The notes: generated from the letters alone by a model not told the origin. 45,530 bases of DNA from Patescibacteria group bacterium (GCA_018813375.1 JAHJBU010000003.1:1-45530); one strand, 5' to 3'. Numbered from the stretch's first letter, positions 1-8,094 are shown. Numbers and translations: made by a program.

Positions 1-2043
1 CCATTTTTACGTCCTGCAGGTTTTTCCACTCCAATTGATGCTACTGCAATAAAAGGTAATGAAACTTGGTCGCTTAACGCTCAGAAATACGGTTTATCTA
101 TGGGGATTCGCCTTGATACTCTCTGGCCTCAGGCTTTAGATGGCTTTAGCATTAATCCTTTTACTGGCAAAGGTTACGCTACTCTTAGCAGGAGAAGCGC
201 TACAGAGTTTACAGAGGCCGATGGTACTGATAATAACTTTTTGCGTGTGCTTGGTGAAACTGGCTTATTGGGATTTGTGACATTTTTTGGCTTGGTAATT
301 TTAATTATCAAAACTTTATCACTCAGACTGCCCAAAGATAATTTAAATCAAACTTTAACTGTTGGCTTTATCGCTGCAACTTTTGGTTTATTTATTAATG
401 CATTTATTATTGATGTTTTTTCAGCCTCTAAAGTAGCTTTTACCTACTGGGCCATGGCAGGTTTAACATTAAAAAGCTACTCCTTGCTAAACAAAAAAAT
501 AGTTAAAGAGCAAGAATCACTACGATTTAAACGCTTTTCTATCTGGCTACAGAAATCCTGGCCTGTTTTAATTTCTGGCATAATCTTAATTCTTTTAGTC
601 CACAAGCGTCCCTTTACAGAATATAGCCTGGTAAAAAGCTTTGCCCTTAACGCAAGTCAGGCTAAGTATGTTGCTACCACTAAGTGCTGGGTAGAAAAAT
701 ATTGTTGGCAAAGTTGTGTTGAGCAATATCAGCCTGATATTGGCACTGCCTACAGCCTTTATTTAATCCCTTTCTATCTCCTTTATCATGAACCCGCCAT
801 GTTTTACTTTGCTAATTTAATTTTAATGATCGGCACTGTAGTTTTGTTTGATTTATTAATTAAAAAATTTACCAATAACTCTATTTTTAGATTTTTACTT
901 CTAGCTATTGTCTTTACCGCGCCTAGTTTTTATACCCTGCCTACTAAATCTAGCCCTACCAACCTGTGGTTATTTCTCATCTTAATTATTATTAATTATC
1001 TTGCTCTGAGAATTAAACCAAAGAAAATTTCCAAGCTAATTAATCTATTTTTATTAATAACTGTCCTAGTTCATCTGGGTTTGGTCCAGTACTTTATGGG
1101 CATGACTAGCGGCATTGTAGCCAGTTTCCGTGATACCTATCGTCCTAGTAATTTTGTAGCTATTAGGCGTGCCAATCGTTACTTGCCTTTACGGATTGCT
1201 AAAAATAAGCCTCAGCCTATTTTATTAACTGCTATTGAGCCAATTTTATTTGATCTTTACGGCAAAAATGATTATAAAACTCAACCAATTAATGCTGATG
1301 ATTTGCAAAAGTATCAACAGCTAATCACCCAAAATCCTCAGCAAGAATTATTTATTACTAATGCCAATGTTAGTCAGCAATTAACAATAAATGAATCTTT
1401 TGAAAAATATAAACATCAATTTGGGATCCAACTTAAAGAGATTGATTGCCGTCAGCAGTGTAATTATTACCAACTCCTAACAGAAGAGGTGCAGATTCCA
1501 GCTCAGCCACAAACTTTAAACAATCTTTTACTTTCTCCAACAAACAATGAGCAACTTAATTTTATAGTTATTAATGATCAGCTGGTGGCTGACATCGGTG
1601 CTGGTCTTAAGTTTACTCAAGAAAAACAAATACTCAAAAAGCAACTGGTAACTCAAAATCCAGATCTAATCTTTATTACCAGTGATGCTAAAAATGAGAT
1701 TTTTAAACATCATGGCTTAAACTTTTTAAAAAGGATCCAGCCAGAGTTAAATGTGCCAATTGTGACTGTTTTTGAAAACCAAGCTCAAGTTTTTGCAGTA
1801 GGAGAAAGCTGGTTTATTACTCTTGATGCCTCTTCACATCACACCAGTCCCGCCCAAAATATCTTTCTCTATGACACGCTCTTACAGCTGGAGAAACACC
1901 CTGAGGTCAAAAAAGTTTACTTCATTAGTAATGACAACCAATGGCTAAAACAGCATCCAGATAATTACTATTTTTGGGAAGACTTTCCTAAAGTTTTAGA
2001 AAAATTTAAGAGAGTGGAGTTTGAATTCAGATTTGCAAAATAA
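1..2043 (+). CDS. Wzy_C / O-antigen-ligase-like membrane protein, 5'-truncated by the window edge, with a ~515-aa C-terminal extension (extra TM block plus a soluble domain of unknown function)
   Basis: Frame 1 is open from base 1, with no stop before the ATG at 100. WSLNAQKYGLSMGIRLDTLWPQALDGF...DNNFLRVLGETGLLGF...FIIDVFSASKVAFTYWA aligns with WSDNALRYGLSTAIRLDTLWPRAMQGF...DNNFLRTLGETGLLGF...FFIDVFAASKVAFTFWA at the C-terminus of the paralog at 11262..12854. The true start is therefore upstream of the window. Stop TAA 2041-2043. Confidence 0.75.
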   Translation, partial: PFLRPAGFSTPIDATAIKGNETWSLNAQKYGLSMGIRLDTLWPQALDGFSINPFTGKGYATLSRRSATEFTEADGTDNNFLRVLGETGLLGFVTFFGLVILIIKTLSLRLPKDNLNQTLTVGFIAATFGLFINAFIIDVFSASKVAFTYWAMAGLTLKSYSLLNKKIVKEQESLRFKRFSIWLQKSWPVLISGIILILLVHKRPFTEYSLVKSFALNASQAKYVATTKCWVEKYCWQSCVEQYQPDIGTAYSLYLIPFYLLYHEPAMFYFANLILMIGTVVLFDLLIKKFTNNSIFRFLLLAIVFTAPSFYTLPTKSSPTNLWLFLILIIINYLALRIKPKKISKLINLFLLITVLVHLGLVQYFMGMTSGIVASFRDTYRPSNFVAIRRANRYLPLRIAKNKPQPILLTAIEPILFDLYGKNDYKTQPINADDLQKYQQLITQNPQQELFITNANVSQQLTINESFEKYKHQFGIQLKEIDCRQQCNYYQLLTEEVQIPAQPQTLNNLLLSPTNNEQLNFIVINDQLVADIGAGLKFTQEKQILKKQLVTQNPDLIFITSDAKNEIFKHHGLNFLKRIQPELNVPIVTVFENQAQVFAVGESWFITLDASSHHTSPAQNIFLYDTLLQLEKHPEVKKVYFISNDNQWLKQHPDNYYFWEDFPKVLEKFKRVEFEFRFAK

Positions 2044-2094
2044 TTTAAGTAGATTGATACACTTGGCCATATTTTCTTAGTACTATTTTCCGAT

Positions 2095-2239
2095 AAAAAA
2101 AGATAATTAAACTCTTAGTAAGACCGTTGAGCGAACGTCAATCCACTGGTCTGAAACTACAAATAAACCTTAAGATAGTAAGCTCCCGAGGTGGAGAAGG
2201 TGCCACCGTGTCGAAGCTAGAGATTAATTATCTTTTTTT
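2095..2239. repeat. 145-bp inverted-repeat-bounded element with a GC-richer core; candidate structured small RNA, bidirectional terminator or MITE
   Basis: AAAAAAAGATAATTAA (2095-2110) is the exact reverse complement of TTAATTATCTTTTTTT (2224-2239). The stem continues as CTCT(T)AG 2112-2118 with CTAGAG 2217-2222. Core hairpins are GACC 2122-2125/GGTC 2148-2151 and GGTGG 2190-2194/CCACC 2203-2207. The element lies between convergent stops (2043 on +, 2682 on -). The A-run on the 5' side and T-run on the 3' side give a U-tail on either strand. Confidence 0.6.
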
Positions 2240-2397
2240 AAGTTAGTTTTCAAGCACATTTTAACAGCACATTTGGCATTGTCAAAAATGGTATCAAAAC
2301 CGCACCATTCGTAACAACACCAACTAATATGAAATTAAAAAATTATTCCCAGTTTTACCCCCCCCTCAATTTTCATTCCAAATCTTCATTTCACTTT

Positions 2398-2456
2398 TGA
2401 TGCAAATGCATCAATTTTGATGAGATTTCATCAAACTGAACTGTTCTTAATTTGGA
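2398..2456 (+). promoter_or_regulatory. Paired 16-bp palindromes (TGATG-N6-CATCA, twice, 20-bp phasing) followed by an 18-nt conserved box; candidate operator for an unknown DNA-binding protein
   Basis: TGATGcaaatgCATCA 2398-2413 and TGATGagatttCATCA 2418-2433, then AACTGTTCTTAATTTGGA 2439-2456. The same architecture recurs at 42317-42352 plus 42509-42526. Half-sites are conserved while the N6 spacers differ. Confidence 0.5.
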
Positions 2457-2520
2457 TATAAATATTGTCCAGGCTAAAACATTAGAAACACTATTTGACT
2501 CGTATTATTACTCAACATTT

Positions 2521-2564
2521 TTTTATTTCCATTTCACCAGCCTTTTTATTTCCATTTCACCAGC
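2521..2564. repeat. Tandem direct repeat, 2 copies of TTTTATTTCCATTTCACCAGC (period 23 bp)
   Basis: Copies at 2521-2541 and 2544-2564 are identical. A related TTCATTTCAC lies at 2386-2395, just upstream of the paired palindromes. Confidence 0.85.
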
Positions 2565-2681
2565 TTCTTTAAGGACATCAAAAAAAGGGCAAAATGACTA
2601 CAGGGGTCTGAGGGGGTCTGGGAAGAAGAAGAAAATTGTTGTGGGAAGGGGTAAATCTTCGTGCATAAATAATATTTAATC

Positions 2682-3722
2682 TTAAATTTCAACACCCGCA
2701 ATTTTAACACCCAGAATCGTCTTTCTCAACCCCTCTTTAAAGCCTACCTCAGGCTTCCAACCCAATAATTCTTCAGCCTTACTAATATCCGGCCTACGCC
2801 TAGTAGGATCATCCAAAGGCAAATCTTTATAAACCAACTCACCGCCTGATCCTACTAACTCCCTTATTATTTCCGCTACTTGATTCACTGTATATTCATC
2901 CTGATTACCTAAATTTATTGTTTCTCCCCGCGCCCCGTCAACTCCGGCTAACTTTACTAGTCCATCCACTAAATCACTCACATAACAATAAGAGCGAGTT
3001 TGCTCACCATCCCCGTAAACAGTCAGTGGCTCATTACCTAAAGCCTGCTTAATAAAATTAGGAATTACTCTACCGTCCGCAGGGTCCATTCGTGGGCCAT
3101 AGGTATTAAAAATCCGCGCAATTCGCACATTCAAACCAAAATCCCGCTGGAAAACTCCACAAATTGTTTCACCCAATCGCTTGCTTTCGTCATAACAAGA
3201 CCGCACTCCATTTGGATTAACATTACCCCAGTAATCTTCTACTTGAGGATGAATATCAGGATCTCCATAAACTTCTGAAGTGCTAGCAAAAATAAATCTT
3301 CCATTGGGATTAGATGTATGCAAATAATCTAATAAGTGATGAGTGCCTAAAGAATTAACTAAATAAGTCTCAACTGGATATTTTTGATATCGTGGCGGGC
3401 TAGCAGGGGAGGCTAAATGAAAAATTACGTCAACTTTAATTTCTTCATCTAAATAAGTAGCCGGTGATTGAATAGCATCAGTTTGTATAAAAGCAAAATT
3501 ACCCACCGTGGATCCATCGATTCCAGCTGTTGATCTACCGGCTTGAGCTTTCAATTCATCGGCTTCAAATAAGTCAGCTAAATTATCTTTACGACCAGTA
3601 ATAAAATTATCTACCCCGATTACTGTGGCCCCATTACTCAATAAAGCATCTACTAAATGAGAGCCAACAAAGCCAGCCGCTCCAGTTACTAACACAGTTT
3701 TATCTTTGAAATATTTTTGCAT
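2682..3722 (-). CDS. UDP-glucuronate decarboxylase (UDP-xylose synthase, UXS; extended SDR)
   Basis: N-terminal Rossmann motif VLVTGAAGFVGSHL. The diagnostic UXS block is ASTSEVYGDP...HPQVEDYWGNVNPNGVRSCYDESKR. It is the only gene on the minus strand. Confidence 0.85.
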   Translation of the reverse strand: MQKYFKDKTVLVTGAAGFVGSHLVDALLSNGATVIGVDNFITGRKDNLADLFEADELKAQAGRSTAGIDGSTVGNFAFIQTDAIQSPATYLDEEIKVDVIFHLASPASPPRYQKYPVETYLVNSLGTHHLLDYLHTSNPNGRFIFASTSEVYGDPDIHPQVEDYWGNVNPNGVRSCYDESKRLGETICGVFQRDFGLNVRIARIFNTYGPRMDPADGRVIPNFIKQALGNEPLTVYGDGEQTRSYCYVSDLVDGLVKLAGVDGARGETINLGNQDEYTVNQVAEIIRELVGSGGELVYKDLPLDDPTRRRPDISKAEELLGWKPEVGFKEGLRKTILGVKIAGVEI

Positions 3723-3779
3723 GAACTATTATTCTAACTCAATTTCAACCAAAACCCAATCTAGTCATCTGTTTCTAGA

Positions 3780-5297
3780 TTGTCCATAATAAAAAGGATG
3801 GTTAAAAAATTATGGCAACAACACAGTTTTATAATTTTAATCTTAGTTTTGGCCCTAGGTTTACGCCTGCCTCAGCTCAATGGATCTTTTTGGTTAGATG
3901 AAGCTGCTCAAGCCTTAGAAAGCTCTCGTCCATGGTCACAGCAACTAGATATTTCCGGAGATTTTCAGCCTCCGCTCATTCATTTAATTTTATTTTTTGC
4001 AATAAAAATCTCCTCATCAGAATGGTGGTTGAGACTAGTTGGAGCCTTGATTCCAGGATTAATCACTATTTGGGCTACTTATGAAGCAGGAAGAATTTTA
4101 ATTAATAAAAAAACAGGCCTATTAGCTAGCTTGCTACTAGCCACCTCATCGTTTCATATTTTTTACTCACAAGAATTACGGCCATATTCTCTTCCAGCAA
4201 TGCTAGCAGTTTTGTCATGGCTTTATTTAATTAAAGCAACCAAGAAAAAGAAATTTTCAAAATCCAACTGGATTGGCTACACCCTTACTTCTCTTTTAGG
4301 ATTATTTTCATCTTACTTATATCCATTTCTATGGTTGTCTCAAATTATTTGGTTAAGCTGCTATCATCGTAGATTTTGGCGGGAGATTATTACTAGCTCT
4401 GGATTAATAATTTTAGGTTTTCTTCCTTGGATACCAAAATTTTTTCAACAGATTATGGTAGGGGAAGGCCTTAGACAAGAGTTACCAGGATGGGAAAGCG
4501 TGGTTAGTATTTCTCAGCTCAAAAGCCCGAGTTTAGTAATAGGAAAATTTATTTTTGGAGTAATAAATATTGAGCTAAATCAATTTTTCATTAGTATTTC
4601 TGTCATCTTATTTCTTTTGTGTTTGTATTTAATTTATTTAAATCATAAGCTATTAAAAAAGAAAAAATTTCTAAATAAAATTAAACTATTAATCTTCTGG
4701 CTAGTAATTCCCCTTACATCGGCCTGGATTATTTCATTTTTTATTCCAGTAATTAGACCCAAGCGAGTATTATATTTACTACCTGCCATGTATTTACTTT
4801 TCAGCTCTTTAATAAGTATTTCTTCAAACAATAAAAGTAAACATCTTGCTACTATTTTTATCTCCATACTATTAGCTCTAAATTTATCTGGCACACTTCA
4901 ATATCACCTTAACCCAAATTATCAAAGAGAAAACTGGAAAGCACTATACCAAAACATAGCTACAAAATATCCAGCATCAGAAACAGTGCTACTTTTTTCC
5001 TATCCAGCCCCATTCTCTCCCTGGAGATGGTACGATCAAATAAATTTTCCCGTTATAACTACAGGAAAACTATATATTAAAAACGTTGCGCAACTTTCTT
5101 TAAAAATTAAAAGTGTTAGTGATTACCAATACGTACTGCTATTTGATTATCTGCGTGACCTTACAGATCCAGATGATCAACTCAGATCAGAGCTCTGGTC
5201 ACTTGGCTTTCATGAGATAAATACGCTAGACTATCCTAATATCGGCTTTGTCCGGGTCTTTAGTAAAAATAAACCTACTGCGCAATTACAACTATGA
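3780..5297 (+). CDS. GT-C fold glycosyltransferase, GT39/ArnT/PMT_2-like polytopic membrane protein
   Basis: 505-aa multi-TM ORF. The first loop carries FWLDEAAQ (GT-C catalytic acidic motif), followed by SQELRPYSLP. The track start is TTG at 3780; ATG at 3798 (MVKKLW) is an alternative start. Confidence 0.65.
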   Translation: MSIIKRMVKKLWQQHSFIILILVLALGLRLPQLNGSFWLDEAAQALESSRPWSQQLDISGDFQPPLIHLILFFAIKISSSEWWLRLVGALIPGLITIWATYEAGRILINKKTGLLASLLLATSSFHIFYSQELRPYSLPAMLAVLSWLYLIKATKKKKFSKSNWIGYTLTSLLGLFSSYLYPFLWLSQIIWLSCYHRRFWREIITSSGLIILGFLPWIPKFFQQIMVGEGLRQELPGWESVVSISQLKSPSLVIGKFIFGVINIELNQFFISISVILFLLCLYLIYLNHKLLKKKKFLNKIKLLIFWLVIPLTSAWIISFFIPVIRPKRVLYLLPAMYLLFSSLISISSNNKSKHLATIFISILLALNLSGTLQYHLNPNYQRENWKALYQNIATKYPASETVLLFSYPAPFSPWRWYDQINFPVITTGKLYIKNVAQLSLKIKSVSDYQYVLLFDYLRDLTDPDDQLRSELWSLGFHEINTLDYPNIGFVRVFSKNKPTAQLQL

Positions 5298-6409
5298 ACA
5301 TTGGCATTGACATCACACCCATTATTTATGGCAGAGGCGTATCTCGATATACTAGTAATCTAGTTCAAGCTTTAAATCAAAAAACCGGAGTGCGAGTTTC
5401 AGCTTTTGGCTATTCATTAAGACAGAGACAACTTTTAGAAAATTTTGTTAAAAAAAATCAAATTAAGAAAAATTCTATACATTCGCTACCACCTTCTATT
5501 ATGAGCTCTTTATGGAAGTTTGGTCAAAATTCTGTTAAAAAATATTTGCCTAGTATTGATCTATTCCACTCATGGGATTGGCTCCAGCCTCCTGATAAAA
5601 ATATGCCAATCGTCTCAACAATCCATGATGTGGCCATGATTAAATTTCCAGAAACAGCCCACCATGGCATTCTTAGGGCTCATCAACGCTCATGGAAAAT
5701 CCTCAAAGAACGTCAGGCTCAAATTATTGCAGTTAGCCAAGCTACAAAAAAAGATATTATTAATCTATTAGGAATACCCCACTACCAAATTCATGTTGTT
5801 TCTGAGGCTTTGCCAGATGAATTTAGAACAATAAGCCAACTTCTTGAAGAAGAAAAAGCAGTTATGATTAGAAATAATCTTCAATTAACCAAACCGTATT
5901 TACTCTTTGTAGGAACTAGAGAGCCTAGAAAAAATTTAACTAATCTAATAGAAGCGTGGAAGCCTTTAGCAAAAGATTATCAATTAATTATTGCTGGAGA
6001 AAAGGGCTGGGATAAAACTGAACAAATCAAACATCCTAACTTGCGCTTTCTAGGTCAAGTTGGTGATGAAGAGCTGGTAGTTTTATATTCAGAAGCAGAA
6101 ATGCTCTGCTATCCTAGCCTCCATGAAGGTTTTGGACTGCCCATATTAGAAGCATTTTTTCATGGCACACCAGTTGTAACATCCAACGTCTCATCTATGC
6201 CAGAAGTATCCGGCAATGCAGCTGAGCTAGTAGACCCACAAAGTGTTAAAAGTATTCAATCTGGTATAGAAAACATTTTAGATGAACCTATTGAAAAACA
6301 AAGAAAGCGCCTACAAAGAATGATTATTAGGTTGCAAATGTTTAATTGGGATAGAGTTGCAAACGAAACTATTGAGGTTTATAAAAAAGCAATGCGATTA
6401 CAAGAATAG
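5294..6409 (+). CDS. GT4 family glycosyltransferase (Glycos_transf_1)
   Basis: LLFVGTREPRKNL ... PSLHEGFGLPILEAFFHGTPVVTSNVSSMPEV (E-x7-E motif). The ATGA start overlaps the upstream stop. Confidence 0.85.
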   Translation: MNIGIDITPIIYGRGVSRYTSNLVQALNQKTGVRVSAFGYSLRQRQLLENFVKKNQIKKNSIHSLPPSIMSSLWKFGQNSVKKYLPSIDLFHSWDWLQPPDKNMPIVSTIHDVAMIKFPETAHHGILRAHQRSWKILKERQAQIIAVSQATKKDIINLLGIPHYQIHVVSEALPDEFRTISQLLEEEKAVMIRNNLQLTKPYLLFVGTREPRKNLTNLIEAWKPLAKDYQLIIAGEKGWDKTEQIKHPNLRFLGQVGDEELVVLYSEAEMLCYPSLHEGFGLPILEAFFHGTPVVTSNVSSMPEVSGNAAELVDPQSVKSIQSGIENILDEPIEKQRKRLQRMIIRLQMFNWDRVANETIEVYKKAMRLQE

Positions 6410-6420
6410 TTCATACAACA

Positions 6421-7605
6421 ATGAATCAAAACAAACTTCGGCTAGTTATAGATGCAAATGAAGCCAATGTCATTAATCGTGTGGGGAGTAATATTTATGC
6501 ATTTGAAATAATAAAAGCTCTAGCTAAAATCACAAAAAAAAATACACAAATTGAAACAACTGTCTTACTTACAAAACAACCCAATCACGACCTCCCTAAA
6601 GAGAGAAATGGCTGGAGATATAAAATATTTGGCCCAAGTTTTTTGTGGACCCAATTTGCCGAGCCAATTCATTTATTTTTAAATAAACATAAGTATGATG
6701 TTTTATACACGCCAGGACATTATGCACCTCGGCAGAGTCCAGTTCCTTATGTGTCATCAGTTATGGATTTAGCATTTTTGAAGTATCCAGATCAATTTCA
6801 ACAATCAGATTTAATTCAACTTAAATATTGGACAAAATATAGTGTTAAACATGCAAATAAAGTAATTGCGATTAGTCAATTTACAAAAGCTGATGTTGTT
6901 AATACTTATCAAAAAAATATTAATGATGTTGTAGTTGCACCACCAGCAGTTTATGAAATTACCCCAGCCTCAATAACGCAAACCAATGAATTTTTTAAAC
7001 ATCATCACATTAGGCGTCCATACTTTTTATTTATTGGCACAATCCAACCTCGCAAAAACCTCATTAGACTAGTAGAAGCCTATGAAACACTGTGTCGTCG
7101 TCTGAGTATTGCCAAGCTAGGTAAAACCAAAAGCCAAAAATTGCTTCCCCAGCTTATTCTAGCTGGAAAAATTGGTTGGTTGGCAGATCCAATTATTGAA
7201 AGAATTAAAGCCTCACCGTTTTTTGAATATATTATTCTTACAGGATTTATTAAAAATGAAATCAAACCAATTCTTTATCAAAACGCAGTAGCAAGCATAC
7301 TTATTGGCCTATATGAAGGTTTTGGTATTCCACCTCTAGAGTCACTCAAATATGATTGCCTGCCAATTGTTTCTAATGTTTCTAGCTTACCAGAGGTAGT
7401 TGGAAAAGGAGGAATTCAAGTTGATCCCAGGAAAATTGATGAAATTAGCTTGGGCTTGAAAACTTCCTACCAGCTCACGACTAAAGCAAAAACAAGCTAT
7501 CAAAATAAGGGTAAAAATCAACTTAAAAAATTTAGTTGGGACAAATCTGCTCAAATTATTTTAAACACTATTCAAGCAGTGGCTGATGAAAAAATAAAGC
7601 AGTAG
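6421..7605 (+). CDS. GT4 family glycosyltransferase
   Basis: FLFIGTIQPRKNL ... LYEGFGIPPLESLKYDCLPIVSNVSSLPEVVG. Confidence 0.85.
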   Translation: MNQNKLRLVIDANEANVINRVGSNIYAFEIIKALAKITKKNTQIETTVLLTKQPNHDLPKERNGWRYKIFGPSFLWTQFAEPIHLFLNKHKYDVLYTPGHYAPRQSPVPYVSSVMDLAFLKYPDQFQQSDLIQLKYWTKYSVKHANKVIAISQFTKADVVNTYQKNINDVVVAPPAVYEITPASITQTNEFFKHHHIRRPYFLFIGTIQPRKNLIRLVEAYETLCRRLSIAKLGKTKSQKLLPQLILAGKIGWLADPIIERIKASPFFEYIILTGFIKNEIKPILYQNAVASILIGLYEGFGIPPLESLKYDCLPIVSNVSSLPEVVGKGGIQVDPRKIDEISLGLKTSYQLTTKAKTSYQNKGKNQLKKFSWDKSAQIILNTIQAVADEKIKQ

Positions 7606-7608
7606 TTA

Positions 7609-8094
7609 ATGAAAAATCATAAATTAATCACACTAGGTATTGATCCTGGCTATGACAGAATCGGCTGGGCAATTGGAAAAGGACTTGGTTCTAAGCCAGA
7701 AATTATTGACTTTGGTTGCATTCAAACCAATAAAACCAAAAACATTTTTGATCGCTATCAATCTATAGAAAACAAGCTTCAAAAAATTATTAAGCAGCAT
7801 CAACCTCACGAGTTGGCTATCGAAACTCTCTTTTTCTCAAAAAATAAAAAAACTGCCCTTCAAGTGAGCGAAGCCAGAGGAGTAATTTTAAGCTGTGCCA
7901 CAAGAAATAATCTCAATATTTTTCAGTACTATCCCAATCAAATTAAACTCACTGTCACTGGCAATGGTCAGGCTAATAAAGCTGCCATGGAAAAAATGAT
8001 TCATCTACAACTAGATATTCCTCAAAAAAAGATCATTGATGATGCCATTGATGCCATCGGCATAGTACTCACACATGCTATATTAAAGACATGA
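7609..8094 (+). CDS. ruvC: Crossover junction endodeoxyribonuclease RuvC
   Basis: ITLGIDPGYDRIGWAI ... ELAIETLFFSKN ... DDAIDAIGIVLTHA; RuvC catalytic acidic residues are in the expected order. Confidence 0.9.
   Translation: MKNHKLITLGIDPGYDRIGWAIGKGLGSKPEIIDFGCIQTNKTKNIFDRYQSIENKLQKIIKQHQPHELAIETLFFSKNKKTALQVSEARGVILSCATRNNLNIFQYYPNQIKLTVTGNGQANKAAMEKMIHLQLDIPQKKIIDDAIDAIGIVLTHAILKT

Noticed and set aside
2095-2239. Known RNA classes (tRNA, SRP/4.5S RNA, tmRNA, 6S, RNase P) for the inverted-repeat element
   Set aside because: It has no T-loop GTTCRAATC, no acceptor/D-arm layout, no SRP domain IV GGAA/AGCAG motif, no RNase P GAGGAAAGUCC, and its length does not fit. The AGAAGGUGC similarity to the SRP Alu-domain 3' end is too short to count.
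2418-2439. Box C/D-like sRNA signature (UGAUGA ... CUGA)
   Set aside because: Box C/D RNAs are archaeal or eukaryotic and this gene content is bacterial. Copy B lacks the CUGA box. The UGAUGA is explained by the palindrome half-site.
2521-2564. Possible CRISPR array (also considered for the repeats at 42131-42176)
   Set aside because: There are only two repeat copies with 2-5 nt between them, so no spacers. There are no cas genes and no further repeats.
2452-2679. 75-aa track ORF in the long spacer
   Set aside because: It has a TTG start and no SD. The translation is low-complexity (YYYSTFFYFHFTSLFISISP, GKKKKIVVGRGK) and simply reads through the tandem repeats and the G-run tract. It is most likely non-coding.
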